Part shown: piece after piece, positions 8,342-18,872 of the stretch | Position numbering within the stretch: position 1 is the stretch's first letter | Layout of the letters: every line of letters begins with the position of its first letter | Virus record (IMG/VR): IMGVR_UViG_2910170622_000001 | Coordinates: 33,789-97,788 of that record | Length of the DNA stretch: 64,000 nucleotides | Strand: one strand, 5' to 3' | From: a virus | The notes under the pieces: model-generated | Told to the model about the DNA's origin: nothing | Seen by the model: the letters and a program-made list of their open reading frames with translations, nothing else | The model's database searches: none | Translations under genes and position numbers: made by a program

Positions 8342-9691
8342 GAGGATGTAGCTGAAAAACTCCCTCGTCGAACGATCAAAGGTGTTCATTTGAGAGCGTT
8401 CAAGCTTGGCTTGATGCCTGACAAGAATCTGTGGGCAGAACAAGAAGACGAGATCATTAGAAGCAATTATCCGAGGCTAACATCCAGACAGCTTTCAAGC
8501 CTGCTACCAGGCAGGACTCAACTGGCGATCAAGCAAAGAATATGCCAGCTAGGTGTTCAGGTTGAGCGGTGGGCTTGTAAGCATTCAGCAAGCAAAGAGT
8601 TTTTTGAGGAGCCTAACCTGCTTAATTGCTATTGGGCAGGGCTGATTGCGGCTGACGGATGCATAAGCCAATCAACCATCGGCAAAACAAAAACTTTGAG
8701 GATCGCGCTTGTTCATTCAGACGGCTACTTGCTAGAGCGGTTTGCGAAAGACTGTAAGTACACGGGCAGCGTAAGTATAAGCAAGAAGAAGGCAGTAGAA
8801 AAGAAGATTTTAGGAAGAGAGATAAAAGCAAGCATGGCGGCAACAATCAGCATTAGCTGCTGCCAGAATTGGTTTGACGATTTAGAGAAGCATTGGAACA
8901 TCACACCAAGAAAAAGCTTGACGCTTCAGCCGCCCAATAATTTAAACCCTGAACACTCCTTAGCTTATGTAAAAGGTTTTTTTGATGGGGATGGTTGCGC
9001 TCACTTAAGAAAAAACGGCATCCTTACATTGTGTTTCTATGGAACATTTGAGTCTCTTGACTGGATTAAATCTATCTGCGATAGGGTATCCCCTCAATAC
9101 ACCGATGATTGGCGAGAAAAAAGCCGTAAAACTTCAGAACTGGTGCAGGCAGGCAAAATTTACAACTACAGCATTAGCGGCTATAGAGCCGAGCAGCTAG
9201 CAGAAGAAATCTTAAAGCTAGAGCTACCAGGAATGTTGCGGAAGTGGGACAAAATCAAAGAATGGCTTAAGGATAAAGCCGACAAAAAAATTGCAATTAG
9301 CAAGCCTGTCCAGCTTCACGTCTTCGATGAGTCTAAGGTTTATCTTGGCAGGCTTTGCAAGCGTGGGCATGATTACAGCGGGACAGGGCAAAGTCTTAGG
9401 CGTGTTGGGCATGGCAGTTGCGTCAAATGTGGTCAGATAAACGCAAAAGTAAAAACTCCAATGGTGCCAATGTCTTTCTATTTCCAGGAAACAACCAAAC
9501 TAGCTCCTGAACTGGACGGCACACCTCGATACTTGGGCTGTCTTTGCGTGAAGCATCCATACCAAAACACAGGATATAGTTTGCGGTATCGCGGCGGTAG
9601 AGGTTGTATAGAATGCTTAAACAGCAGGGCAAGAACCAAGCGAGAAGAGGCGGCTAGTACGATCGCCCCTGTGATTTGCCTAGCCGACTGA
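8342..9691 (+). pseudogene. 5'-truncated LAGLIDADG homing-endonuclease-like gene with N-terminal Myb-like repeats and two C-terminal Cys/His zinc-ribbon repeats
   Basis: WAGLIAADG and VKGFFDGDG motifs. The frame is open from the junction (EDVAEKLPRRTIKGVHLRAFKLGL is the second half of a repeat whose complete copy follows), and plasmid TAA at 8336-8338 is in frame. TTG 8390 could restart translation. Confidence 0.7.
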
Positions 9692-9723
9692 GCTACTGTA
9701 GTGCAGTTGCGTTGGTGAAGGAT

Positions 9724-10173
9724 ATGGGGTTTTACCAGAAGTTGTCGATCGCTGTGTTGGTTGTTGCTTTGAGCGGGTGTTCGGGTTCCAGTCCAAAATC
9801 CAGTACCCCTGCTGCAAGCGTGCCCCCTAGCCCAACGCCTTCACCGAGTACATCCCCTTCGATCGCCGCAAACCCTAACTCCAACATCGGCAAGGCTGAT
9901 GCTCAGGGCACGACTGTAACCGTAGATGTTCCTGATAGTCCCTTATGTGACCCTGAGACAACGCAGACGACTAAAGAAGTGTTTGAGACTTGCCTGATTG
10001 AGGACTTAACTTTTGTGCAGGCTAGCAACGTAATTGGGTTCAAGGGTGAGCTTGCGAGTCAGTCGGGTGCAACTGAAATCATGCAGTGGGATCTTGGGAA
10101 GGATAGCCAAATTATTACCGCAGTGTTTCAAGACAAAAAACTTAAAAGCAAAAGCCAAGTTAATTTGAACTAG
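9724..10173 (+). CDS. Lipoprotein, DUF3862/BLIP-like C-terminal domain
   Basis: Signal peptide with lipobox LSGC, Pro/Ser linker and QW..G...ITAVFQDKKLKSKSQ pattern. Confidence 0.75.
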   Translation: MGFYQKLSIAVLVVALSGCSGSSPKSSTPAASVPPSPTPSPSTSPSIAANPNSNIGKADAQGTTVTVDVPDSPLCDPETTQTTKEVFETCLIEDLTFVQASNVIGFKGELASQSGATEIMQWDLGKDSQIITAVFQDKKLKSKSQVNLN

Positions 10174-10279
10174 CCACAAACAGCAAAATGCCCTCATCAC
10201 AATGGATAGAGGGCATAATTGGGTTAGGTTTGAGTTCTCGTCTACTCCTATTGTACTCACGATGCAAGAGTAGGCAGAA

Positions 10280-13200
10280 TTGGCAGATAGAAAGCTTCAA
10301 CTAATTCTCTCCGTCGTTAACAATGCATCTGCTGAACTCAGAAAAGTTCAGTCGGAATTGCAAAGCGTTGGCAATGTGCCGATCGGCAATGCTGCTAAGA
10401 GTCTCAGCGGTATTGGTAAAGCAGCATCAGAAGCAAGCCAAAGCGTTACGGGCATCGGCGGTGCGGCTGGTGGTGTTCTTGCGGCTGTCTCTAGCATTGG
10501 CGCTGCTTTTTTTGGTGTACAGGCAGCAATTCAAGCTGTCACTGCGTCGGCTAAAGGCTTTTTCGACAGTACAGTTGGGGCTGCTGAAAAACTTAACTCA
10601 CAGATTCTTAGCAGTCAAACCAACCTTGCCAACGCTGTCACAATCAAAGTTGATGGTAAGAGCATTGATGATGCTTTTGGGAAGATTCAAGCCACAAAAG
10701 GCTTTATCACCGACTTAACGAAAGAGATTGAGCTTCAGAGCGTCGATCTTGTGGGTGTGACAAGCGAACAGGTCGTAGGGGTTACCGACGTTTTGCTTCG
10801 CAACACGCCAGCGATCGTGGGGCAGTTTGACGCAACAAAGCGAGATCTCAAAGGGGCGCTAACCTCTCTCACAAAAGGATTTGCCAGTGAATTAAAGCTT
10901 TCGGGCTTAGACTTAAGCCAAGCAAACCAGGAGATCTCGTCAATTCTAAGAGGCGACGTAGGGGCTGACAGTTTGGTAGCGAAGAAGTTGGGGCTGACTG
11001 GACCCGACATTGCCAAGCTTAAAGGGCAGGGCAAATTGGTTGAGGAACTGCTAAAACGCCTAGAAGTTAGCGTGGCTGGCAACAAAATTTTGTCTGGGGA
11101 GAGTCTATCTGGTCAGCTAACCAATGTTTTAGACGTTTTTCAAATCATTGGGCGGGAAGCGGGTAAGCCACTGCTGGTGCCACTGGTTAAAAGTGTTGAA
11201 GCTGTCTTTAAGATTCTCAATGACAACAAAGACACGTTTATCGCTTTCGCTCAAGGTGCTAGCCAGTCTGTTGCTAACGCTGCCAATCAAATCGGGGCAT
11301 CGATCCAAGGTGTACTGCCGACCATCTTGCAGAAGGTGCAACAAACTTTTGGCACATTAAGCGCAAACCTTAGCACCTTTGCCCAAAATGTTTTACCCGG
11401 ACTAACTCAAGCGTTTCAAACGATCGCGCCTGCTATTGGGGGCACGTTCCAAGTGGTTGCGTCTGTGGTGCAAAACTTAATCACCACTGTTTCAACCTTA
11501 ATTGCTCCACTTGGTCAAATCATTGGCGCGACGTTTGGAGCGATCGCTAAAATTGTTGAGCCTGGTGTTGCCGCTTTTCTGTCGTTGACTAAAGCCTTTA
11601 GCGGCATCATTGATGCTTCTACCGAACTCAGTACTAGTCCTGGCATTCAATTCCTTATCGGTGGACTGGCTTCAGGCTTAAGCATTGTCATCAGCACTAT
11701 TGGCGATGTTGGAGCATCAATCACAAGCGTCTTAGGTGGCGCGATCGAGTTCATTGCGCCTGTGATTGGTGATGTCATCAAAGGGTTGCTTGGTGTCGCT
11801 GAAGGTGTGGGCAACACAATCAAATTCTTCGAGCCACTATTACGGCTTGTTGGGGCTTTAGGTGCTGGATTGGCGGCACTAATTCAGGGGCAAACAATAG
11901 CCTACTTCAAGCAGCTAGGCAGTATTGTCCAAGTAACTGTTGGGCTCGTCGGTAAGCTAGCTACTGTTATCGGTGCCGCATTAAAACCCGCTTTTGATCT
12001 GGTCGGTGGCGCTATTACAAATGTGTCAAAAGCCCTCAACGACACTATTAGTAATGTTGGCAAATTTCAAACCGAAATTGTGTCAAAAGTGGTTAGCACC
12101 GTTGAGGGGTTGATTAACAATCCGGCATTCCAAGTTGTAGCCAAAACGCTAGGTATTGATTCAGCAGCGATTCAGGCAGGGTTAAATGCGCTTAAGAGTA
12201 ACGTCACCAGCGTTACCGAGAAGGTTGCTGAGACAGGAAAAGAAGGTGGCAAGATTGGCGAGAAAATTGCCGAAGGTGGCAAGAAAGCAGGCGAGGGGCT
12301 AGAGTTCGGTGTCATTCAAGCTGAGAAGCTAGGCACAAGCTATCAGCAGTTAGAGACTCAGTTAGCCAATACACAGAGAATTATCGCTCAGAACGCTAAA
12401 GGACCAGAACTTAAGAAAGCGTTGGACGATCGCATTAAGCTACTTCAGCAGGCGCAAGAGCTGGGCACAATTAGCCCCGAAAAAGCACAGGAAGAACTAG
12501 CCAAGATTGCTGCGAATAGCTCTGCTGAGTTGGCAACGCAACAAGCCGCGCAAGACGGTATTACGAAGGCACGCAAACTAGCACTTGACCAGCAGAAACA
12601 AGAGTTCCAAAAACAACAGTCTGACATTCAGGAGCTATTGAACAATGGCACCATATCTGAAGCAGAAGCGGCGAAGCGTACCACTGCCGTCCGGTCTGAG
12701 GAATTGGCGAAACAACTGGAAGCCACCACCAAAGCGATTAAGGCAGAACAGGCAGCGATCGCCAAAGGCACGGGTAGCAAGTCACGCCTGAAGGAACTAC
12801 AGACACAGCAGCAGACACAGGAAGCGGAGGTTTCTAAGCTCAACAAAGAGGCGCGAGATAAGGAGAATCAGTTACAGCTACAGAACTTTGATGAACAGCA
12901 GAAGATCCTGGAGGGACGCAAAGCACAGGGGCTAGTTGGAGAACAACAGTTTGCCGCAGAGTCGCTGAAGATTACGCAGGCACGACTGGACAAAGAGCAA
13001 CAGTTGCTTACCCAGAAGCGCAGCAAGCTTGACCCTAAAGATAAGGAAGGGCTAGAGGCGATCGCGGCTCAAGAAGCAGAGATTCAGGTTAAACGCACGG
13101 CAGCGATCGAGCAGTTTGAAGCACGCAGGCTTGCCATCCTCGAACGTGCTCAAGCTGCTGCACTGGATGCCGTTAAGATTGCTGAGACACAACGTAATAC

Positions 13201-14560
13201 AGAGGTCGATCGCCTTGTCGCTGCCCGTCAGATACGCGAGTCTGAGGCAGGGTTGTTGCGGGTACAGAACTCTAAGGACACGATCGCCCAGGAGCTTGCC
13301 CTAGAGAAACAGAAGATCGCTCAACTGGAAGCCCTGCCAAAGTCTAACGATGAAGGCAAGGAGGAACAGAGGCAAGCCAAGATTCGCGCTAGTCGCCAGA
13401 AGTCAGCAGATTTAGTTGGTCGGTTAGTCAAGAACGAGATTGAGCAGCAACAGGCGCTATTCAGAGTCGTTTCTGAGCGGTTAGACAGACAGGCGCAACG
13501 GGCGAAGATTGCCGCTGACAACGAGATACGTCCACTACAGAATCAGTTAAAGCTACAGGAAGCGCTTACTGCATCACTGGACAATCAGAATAAGCTATTT
13601 GGCGCTAGACGTGGACTACAAGAAGCACTTAATGGCTTTGCTCAGACCGGGTTAAGCCTGCTTTCACAAGGGGCTAAAACAGATGAGGAACGCGAGAAGA
13701 TCGTCCTATTAACTGCTGCATCCAGACTGAAGGCGCTACAGCAACAGCAAGAGTTTGAGCGTCAGTCGTTGGAGAATGAGATTCAGCGCAACCAATTAGC
13801 ACTGGAAAACGAAAAAATTCAGAACCGGATTGCCCAGATTCAGAATCAAGCCTCTGTCGCCAGAGCGCAGGCAGACTTGGCAAAGGCTAAAGCAGACCCC
13901 AACGCCACACCGGAAGGCGTTGCGGCAGCACAGCAAGCGGTCGAGGCAGAGAGGGCAGCAGGGTTAGGGCTTCAGTTACAAGGACTGTTACTGGAACAGA
14001 AGAAACAGACACAGGACACAGCGGCAGAGTTCGATCGCGCCCGCTTAAACGTAACCCAACAGGGTCAGACCAATCAGGCACGCGGCGAACTCATTGGGGC
14101 ATTGCCGAAAGAACAGCAGGAAGCCGCACAGAACAAGTTTCAGAAGGAGATTTTGCGGGGCTTGGGGCTTGGGTCTACAAGCATCGCAGGCATCAACACG
14201 CAACAGATTCGACAGGCGGCGACACAAGGTGGCAATTTCAACCTACCCGGTGGGCTTAACCCAACGGCAGCACAGTTGCCACAGGTGACGATTAACCCGC
14301 AGATTGAAGCGATTAAACAGCAGCTATCACAAATGACTACACAGACGACCACAGCAGCGACACAACAGCAGCAAGCGACTAGCAGTGCTGACAGCAAAGC
14401 GATATTGGCAGAGTTGCAGCGGATTTCAGGGGCAGCGATCAGACCGATCGAATCTTCAATCACTCAAAACATTAACGGACCGGATACTGCAACAGTCATC
14501 AAACAGGTCCGTAGAGAAACAGATGCAGGGTTAGCTAAAACATTCGCAAGTATTAAGTAA
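10280..14560 (+). CDS. Phage tail tape measure protein
   Basis: 1426 aa with Ala/Gly-rich amphipathic repeats followed by a long Q/E/K coiled coil; heads a coupled tail operon. Confidence 0.9.
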   Translation: MADRKLQLILSVVNNASAELRKVQSELQSVGNVPIGNAAKSLSGIGKAASEASQSVTGIGGAAGGVLAAVSSIGAAFFGVQAAIQAVTASAKGFFDSTVGAAEKLNSQILSSQTNLANAVTIKVDGKSIDDAFGKIQATKGFITDLTKEIELQSVDLVGVTSEQVVGVTDVLLRNTPAIVGQFDATKRDLKGALTSLTKGFASELKLSGLDLSQANQEISSILRGDVGADSLVAKKLGLTGPDIAKLKGQGKLVEELLKRLEVSVAGNKILSGESLSGQLTNVLDVFQIIGREAGKPLLVPLVKSVEAVFKILNDNKDTFIAFAQGASQSVANAANQIGASIQGVLPTILQKVQQTFGTLSANLSTFAQNVLPGLTQAFQTIAPAIGGTFQVVASVVQNLITTVSTLIAPLGQIIGATFGAIAKIVEPGVAAFLSLTKAFSGIIDASTELSTSPGIQFLIGGLASGLSIVISTIGDVGASITSVLGGAIEFIAPVIGDVIKGLLGVAEGVGNTIKFFEPLLRLVGALGAGLAALIQGQTIAYFKQLGSIVQVTVGLVGKLATVIGAALKPAFDLVGGAITNVSKALNDTISNVGKFQTEIVSKVVSTVEGLINNPAFQVVAKTLGIDSAAIQAGLNALKSNVTSVTEKVAETGKEGGKIGEKIAEGGKKAGEGLEFGVIQAEKLGTSYQQLETQLANTQRIIAQNAKGPELKKALDDRIKLLQQAQELGTISPEKAQEELAKIAANSSAELATQQAAQDGITKARKLALDQQKQEFQKQQSDIQELLNNGTISEAEAAKRTTAVRSEELAKQLEATTKAIKAEQAAIAKGTGSKSRLKELQTQQQTQEAEVSKLNKEARDKENQLQLQNFDEQQKILEGRKAQGLVGEQQFAAESLKITQARLDKEQQLLTQKRSKLDPKDKEGLEAIAAQEAEIQVKRTAAIEQFEARRLAILERAQAAALDAVKIAETQRNTEVDRLVAARQIRESEAGLLRVQNSKDTIAQELALEKQKIAQLEALPKSNDEGKEEQRQAKIRASRQKSADLVGRLVKNEIEQQQALFRVVSERLDRQAQRAKIAADNEIRPLQNQLKLQEALTASLDNQNKLFGARRGLQEALNGFAQTGLSLLSQGAKTDEEREKIVLLTAASRLKALQQQQEFERQSLENEIQRNQLALENEKIQNRIAQIQNQASVARAQADLAKAKADPNATPEGVAAAQQAVEAERAAGLGLQLQGLLLEQKKQTQDTAAEFDRARLNVTQQGQTNQARGELIGALPKEQQEAAQNKFQKEILRGLGLGSTSIAGINTQQIRQAATQGGNFNLPGGLNPTAAQLPQVTINPQIEAIKQQLSQMTTQTTTAATQQQQATSSADSKAILAELQRISGAAIRPIESSITQNINGPDTATVIKQVRRETDAGLAKTFASIK

Positions 14561-15057
14561 TGCCATTCATCAACTCCCTAGTGATTCCATGCCCTGTCGA
14601 TCTGGTTGCTGCCTACAACAACCCTGACGAAGAATGCCCACTGTTCGACACTGTTGCCAATGCACTAATCCTGCGAGTGCAACCAGGAGACTACAAGCCA
14701 ATCAGACAGAAGCAGATAGAGCGTAGAGATGGCTTCACCTCTGCCACACTGACAGCATCGACCGCACTGTTAGGGATGGAGGTGACTATTACCGATGGTC
14801 GTGAAGAAATCCGCTATGCGCTGGAAGAGTTAGAGTCGATCGCGCAATCCGTCCCTGGCACCTATCAACTCATCACCATCCTCGACTACTGCCGCCCAGA
14901 GAGACAAGACAGGTTGACAGGCTTCACTACACGGCTAGGGTATTTCGAGGAGATAGAAGGGCTAGCAGGCAACGTCAGGACAGGCTTAGAACTGACATCC
15001 CGCAGAGAAGGCAATGGGGTGAGGTTCACATTCTTTGAGGGGCAGAGAAGGCGCTGA
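14560..15057 (+). CDS. Putative tail/distal-tail protein
   Basis: Translationally coupled to the tape measure gene (TAATG); position. Confidence 0.55.
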   Translation: MPFINSLVIPCPVDLVAAYNNPDEECPLFDTVANALILRVQPGDYKPIRQKQIERRDGFTSATLTASTALLGMEVTITDGREEIRYALEELESIAQSVPGTYQLITILDYCRPERQDRLTGFTTRLGYFEEIEGLAGNVRTGLELTSRREGNGVRFTFFEGQRRR

Positions 15058-17459
15058 TGTTCTTGATTGAATCCCCTAACCTACCCACTGCCACTAGACA
15101 GCAATACGCAGGCGCTTCTTTCAGTTCGATCGGTGTTGCCACAAACGCAGGCGCACCGTTTAGCACGATCGACTTTACTGCGGGTCAACCGTTAGCGGTC
15201 AGCGGTCAAGTACCAGTGGTCGTCGTGGATGGCGTTGGTACGGTGATATTGCCAGAGGGCACGATTGTCACCGCTTTAGCCACTGCTAACAATCCCTCCT
15301 ACCGTCCTGCTGTGGACTCAGGCAACCCACAGCAAGGGGAGTTTGTACAGAATGGCGACACGGTAACGGTGTACCTGCGAGAGGACGAAGCCCCGCCATC
15401 ACTGACCTATTTTGGGGTGTTGGATCACTATCCACCTGAGTATCTCCCCACTGATGAAGTACCAGGACCATACCCAGAAATCTATTCACAGTGGAACCTA
15501 GAAGGGGAGTGCAGTTACAGTCGCAGCTTTGAGGGGCATCCCACTGCTAACTTCAAGTTCACCACGTCACTCGCTAACTACGATCAGGTGTTACTAGCGT
15601 TTGCCAATCGCACACCCATCACGCTCTACGATATGGGCTTTGAGGTGGATAGCTGCGAGATTACTGAGCGATCGCGTGACCTATTCCCTACTGGCGTAAT
15701 CGACGTGAGCGTATCGCTAACAGGTAGGCACGAATACCTGATGAGCGAGCCGTTTTATATGCGGAAGCTTGGCAGCAAGGGCTTCAGTACGACAGATGTA
15801 GCGACGCTCGCACAACAGGTAGGGCTGAACGTGCAAGGGGCAAGAATGGGCGTAACGATCGCCCCTGATGTGTCCTACGCTGCCACTGCTACCGTTGCCA
15901 ATCTGATGGACGAGTATGGCAGGTTGAGTCAGGGCTTTACCTATCTGAGCAACCCGAACGCGATCGAGCTGCGTACTTTTGGCGCAACCCAGCAGCACAC
16001 GATCAGCGATGCCGATATTCTGGGTGAGTTTAGCACCTCATATCCTGGCAAAGAGCAACGGTATCACGGTGTTCAGTTAGCCGAAGTCTACAAAAAGTCG
16101 GTGCTGACCTTTAATGAGCCTGCATCGGAGAGTGCTGGTATCAGCGTTACAGTGAATCCAAAAGAAAGCCCTGTTGACCCGTACCCTGTGGCAGACTTAC
16201 GCAGCATCGGGCTTGCGTTCGATAATGGTGGACCAACAAAAGACCAAACGATTACGAAGTCGATCGGACGTACGACGATCGAGACTCGGTTTGTAAAATA
16301 CGGCTATGCCTTCGCTGGTGTGGACGTTTACAGTGTCGTGAACGTGAACGTTGTAGATCCTGTAACAAACTCAAGCTCAACCGTCAAACAAACACTGTAC
16401 ACAAGCGGCATAGTCCCTGCTGCGTTCTGGAAGCTAGTCGAAGAAACAACAACCGTATGGGATCGTGACTCATCCGGCTACCTGCAAAAGATTAGCGAGA
16501 CTGGCACACGGTTAACTCGACTGAAAAGTGAAGGCGCTGAGAAGCCTGAGACACTTGATCTGATGTTGGCGAGAGCCTCGGTACCGGGTACTGGCGGTGC
16601 CGCTGACGCTAAACGATTAGTTTTTACCAAACAGATTGCTGCATATCAATTTAATTTGATTGCCCCAACGACAAAAATTACTGAGTACGAGCTAGGCAAC
16701 CTCAATTCATATTTTGTCGATACGCCTGTATCACCGAATGAACCACCCGCTAAGTTCTGCCTGCGTCAGCGCACCTATGAGAACACGCTGTATACAGCAC
16801 CGGATCCCGACAGCACAGCCAAGAAGCCTCTGCCCCTGATCACCACAGGACGCATTTTCGAGCAAAACATTAGTGTCTCAATTACCTCTAATCAGAAAGG
16901 GCAAGAGGCATACGATCGCACCACTATCACCCAGAACAGCGAAGGCACCAACCTGAAAAACGGGTTAGGTATCGGCAACACTGAGAAGGTGAATGGACGA
17001 CCACCGACGCATGATTTATCGTCAGACGCGATCGTGCTTAACTCCAGCATCAACCCACAAAAGGCAGTGGTTGACCCTAACTTTAAGTATCTGTTGGAAG
17101 TAGAAGGACTGACCCCAGGATCGCCACCGTTGTACACCAGTCGCATTGAGCGAGGATCTAAGAGTTACACCACACGCTTCACAGAGGATGCGAGGGCTGC
17201 TGCCGAGTTGGATTTAGCGATTACCAACAGTGAGCGATCGGCTAGCGTTTCGCCCGACATCCGCTACAACCGGGCTTACCGGGAAGGCGACCTATGCTGG
17301 ATCAGGGGCAAACAATACATCATCTTCGGCAATAGCTGGAGCGAGAAGATCGATAACGGCAGAGTCACTTGCGATGGAATGAAGTTAGATCTGGGTCGTT
17401 ATCTACGAATCCCGGTACTGCTGCGGAAGGTATTGGCGAATCTGCCGCAAGGGTTTTAA
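15057..17459 (+). CDS. Putative tail tip/baseplate protein
   Basis: 800 aa, beta-rich, coupled (TGATG); C-terminal YREGDLCWIRGKQYII resembles tail-tip ends. Confidence 0.6.
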   Translation: MFLIESPNLPTATRQQYAGASFSSIGVATNAGAPFSTIDFTAGQPLAVSGQVPVVVVDGVGTVILPEGTIVTALATANNPSYRPAVDSGNPQQGEFVQNGDTVTVYLREDEAPPSLTYFGVLDHYPPEYLPTDEVPGPYPEIYSQWNLEGECSYSRSFEGHPTANFKFTTSLANYDQVLLAFANRTPITLYDMGFEVDSCEITERSRDLFPTGVIDVSVSLTGRHEYLMSEPFYMRKLGSKGFSTTDVATLAQQVGLNVQGARMGVTIAPDVSYAATATVANLMDEYGRLSQGFTYLSNPNAIELRTFGATQQHTISDADILGEFSTSYPGKEQRYHGVQLAEVYKKSVLTFNEPASESAGISVTVNPKESPVDPYPVADLRSIGLAFDNGGPTKDQTITKSIGRTTIETRFVKYGYAFAGVDVYSVVNVNVVDPVTNSSSTVKQTLYTSGIVPAAFWKLVEETTTVWDRDSSGYLQKISETGTRLTRLKSEGAEKPETLDLMLARASVPGTGGAADAKRLVFTKQIAAYQFNLIAPTTKITEYELGNLNSYFVDTPVSPNEPPAKFCLRQRTYENTLYTAPDPDSTAKKPLPLITTGRIFEQNISVSITSNQKGQEAYDRTTITQNSEGTNLKNGLGIGNTEKVNGRPPTHDLSSDAIVLNSSINPQKAVVDPNFKYLLEVEGLTPGSPPLYTSRIERGSKSYTTRFTEDARAAAELDLAITNSERSASVSPDIRYNRAYREGDLCWIRGKQYIIFGNSWSEKIDNGRVTCDGMKLDLGRYLRIPVLLRKVLANLPQGF

Positions 17460-18872
17460 CTAATCGGCGGGAAGTCCCGCGCTCTAATCTTTAATTGAGC
17501 GTCGGGATGAAAGCCAGGGTTGCTTCTTGCCGTCCGGTTTATGGTCTTTACCGAAGCTGAAGAACAAACCGGATAGGCAAGAAGCAACCAATCTCTTATA
17601 CGGTACACCGAAGTTACGGTAAATATGGTTTGTGCTAAAATAACAATATGAAAAACGTTGTCAAGGTCAGAATTTATCCAACCATCGAGCAAAAGGAGAC
17701 GCTTTCTAAGGCGTTTGGTTGTGCGCGTTGGTACTGGAATAATTCACTGAGCGCAACGAATGAGCTTTACAAAGAGACGGGTAAAGGCTTATCTCAGATT
17801 GGGATGAATAGCCGATTACCTGCGCTCAAAAAAGAGTATGAATGGCTGGGTGAAACCTACAGCCAAGTGCTGCAAAGCGTCTCGCTCAACCTATCGAGAG
17901 CGTTTATCAACTTCTTTGAGGGACGGGCATCATTCCCTAACTTCAAGTCAAAGCATGATAAACAATCGATTCAGTACCCGCAAAAAGTTCAGATTGTCGA
18001 TGAAAGCCATCTGAAGTTTCCCGGCAAGCTAAGCGTTGTTTCTGCCAAGATTCATCGCACGTTTGAGGGGAGAATCAAGACAGTTACGGTAAGTATGAAT
18101 CATGCAGGGAAGTATTACGCCTCCCTGCTATTTGATGATGAATTGCCTGATGTCGAAGTTTCTTCGGATGGTAAAGCGGTCGGGATTGATGTGGGACTGA
18201 CTCACTTTGCGATTACTTCTGATGGTTCCAAGTTTGACAATCCTAAGCCGTTGAAAAAACGCGCTAAGAATCTAAAACGAAAGCAACAGAAACTATCTCG
18301 TAAACAGAAGGGCTCAAATCGCAGAAAGAAAGCCCGACGCATCGTAGCACGGGTGCATGAAAGAATTGCAAATTCTCGTAAGGACTTCCAACACAAGTTA
18401 TCTCGCAAACTGGTGAACGAAAACCAAGTCATCGTTGTCGAGAATCTGGCAGTCAAGAACATGGTTAAGAATCACTGTCTAGCTAAAGCAATTAGCGATT
18501 GTGGCTGGTCAGAGTTCACTCGTCAACTGAAATACAAGGCGGAAAGAGACGGAAAGACCTATCTAGAAATCGGTCGGTTTTTCCCGTCGAGTAAGACTTG
18601 TCACGTTTGCCTCAATCAAGTCGGTAGCCTGTCTCTTGATGTTCGTAGCTGGACTTGTTCTAGCTGTCAGACAAAGCACGATAGAGATATCAATGCGGCT
18701 ATCAATATTCGAGATGAAGGCTTACGAGTATTAGCGTTAGGAACTAGCGCTACTGCCAATGGACGGAATGTAAGTCCGAGGGTTGGAAGGAAATCTTCCG
18801 TGTCTAAGGCTGTTCCGGTTGAAGTTGGAAGCCAGCACCGTACCGCCTAGCGGTCGGTGTCTGGTAGTTCAC
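17460..18872 (+). mobile_element. IS200/IS605-family element with tnpB only (IS1341-like)
   Basis: Inserted 3' of TTAA (17456-17459). LE hairpin CCCG-CGCTC/GAGCG-T-CGGG is preceded by guide AAGT (AAxT predicts TTAA). RE hairpin is preceded by GAAG and ends in TCAC (18869-18872). Confidence 0.85.
17648..18850 (+). CDS. tnpB: TnpB RNA-guided endonuclease
   Basis: N-terminal VRIYPT HTH, RuvC GIDVG / VVENL / DRDINAA and CHVC-CSSC zinc finger; catalytic D-E-D intact. Confidence 0.95.
   Translation: MKNVVKVRIYPTIEQKETLSKAFGCARWYWNNSLSATNELYKETGKGLSQIGMNSRLPALKKEYEWLGETYSQVLQSVSLNLSRAFINFFEGRASFPNFKSKHDKQSIQYPQKVQIVDESHLKFPGKLSVVSAKIHRTFEGRIKTVTVSMNHAGKYYASLLFDDELPDVEVSSDGKAVGIDVGLTHFAITSDGSKFDNPKPLKKRAKNLKRKQQKLSRKQKGSNRRKKARRIVARVHERIANSRKDFQHKLSRKLVNENQVIVVENLAVKNMVKNHCLAKAISDCGWSEFTRQLKYKAERDGKTYLEIGRFFPSSKTCHVCLNQVGSLSLDVRSWTCSSCQTKHDRDINAAINIRDEGLRVLALGTSATANGRNVSPRVGRKSSVSKAVPVEVGSQHRTA

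Noticed and set aside
8342-9691. Intein interpretation of the LAGLIDADG ORF
   Set aside because: No C-terminal HN/HQ splice motif or flanking extein; it ends in zinc-ribbon repeats and a stop.
17456-17692. 78-aa minus-strand ORF as a tnpA remnant
   Set aside because: No HUH or Y1 motifs; it overlaps the tnpB start and left-end hairpins.
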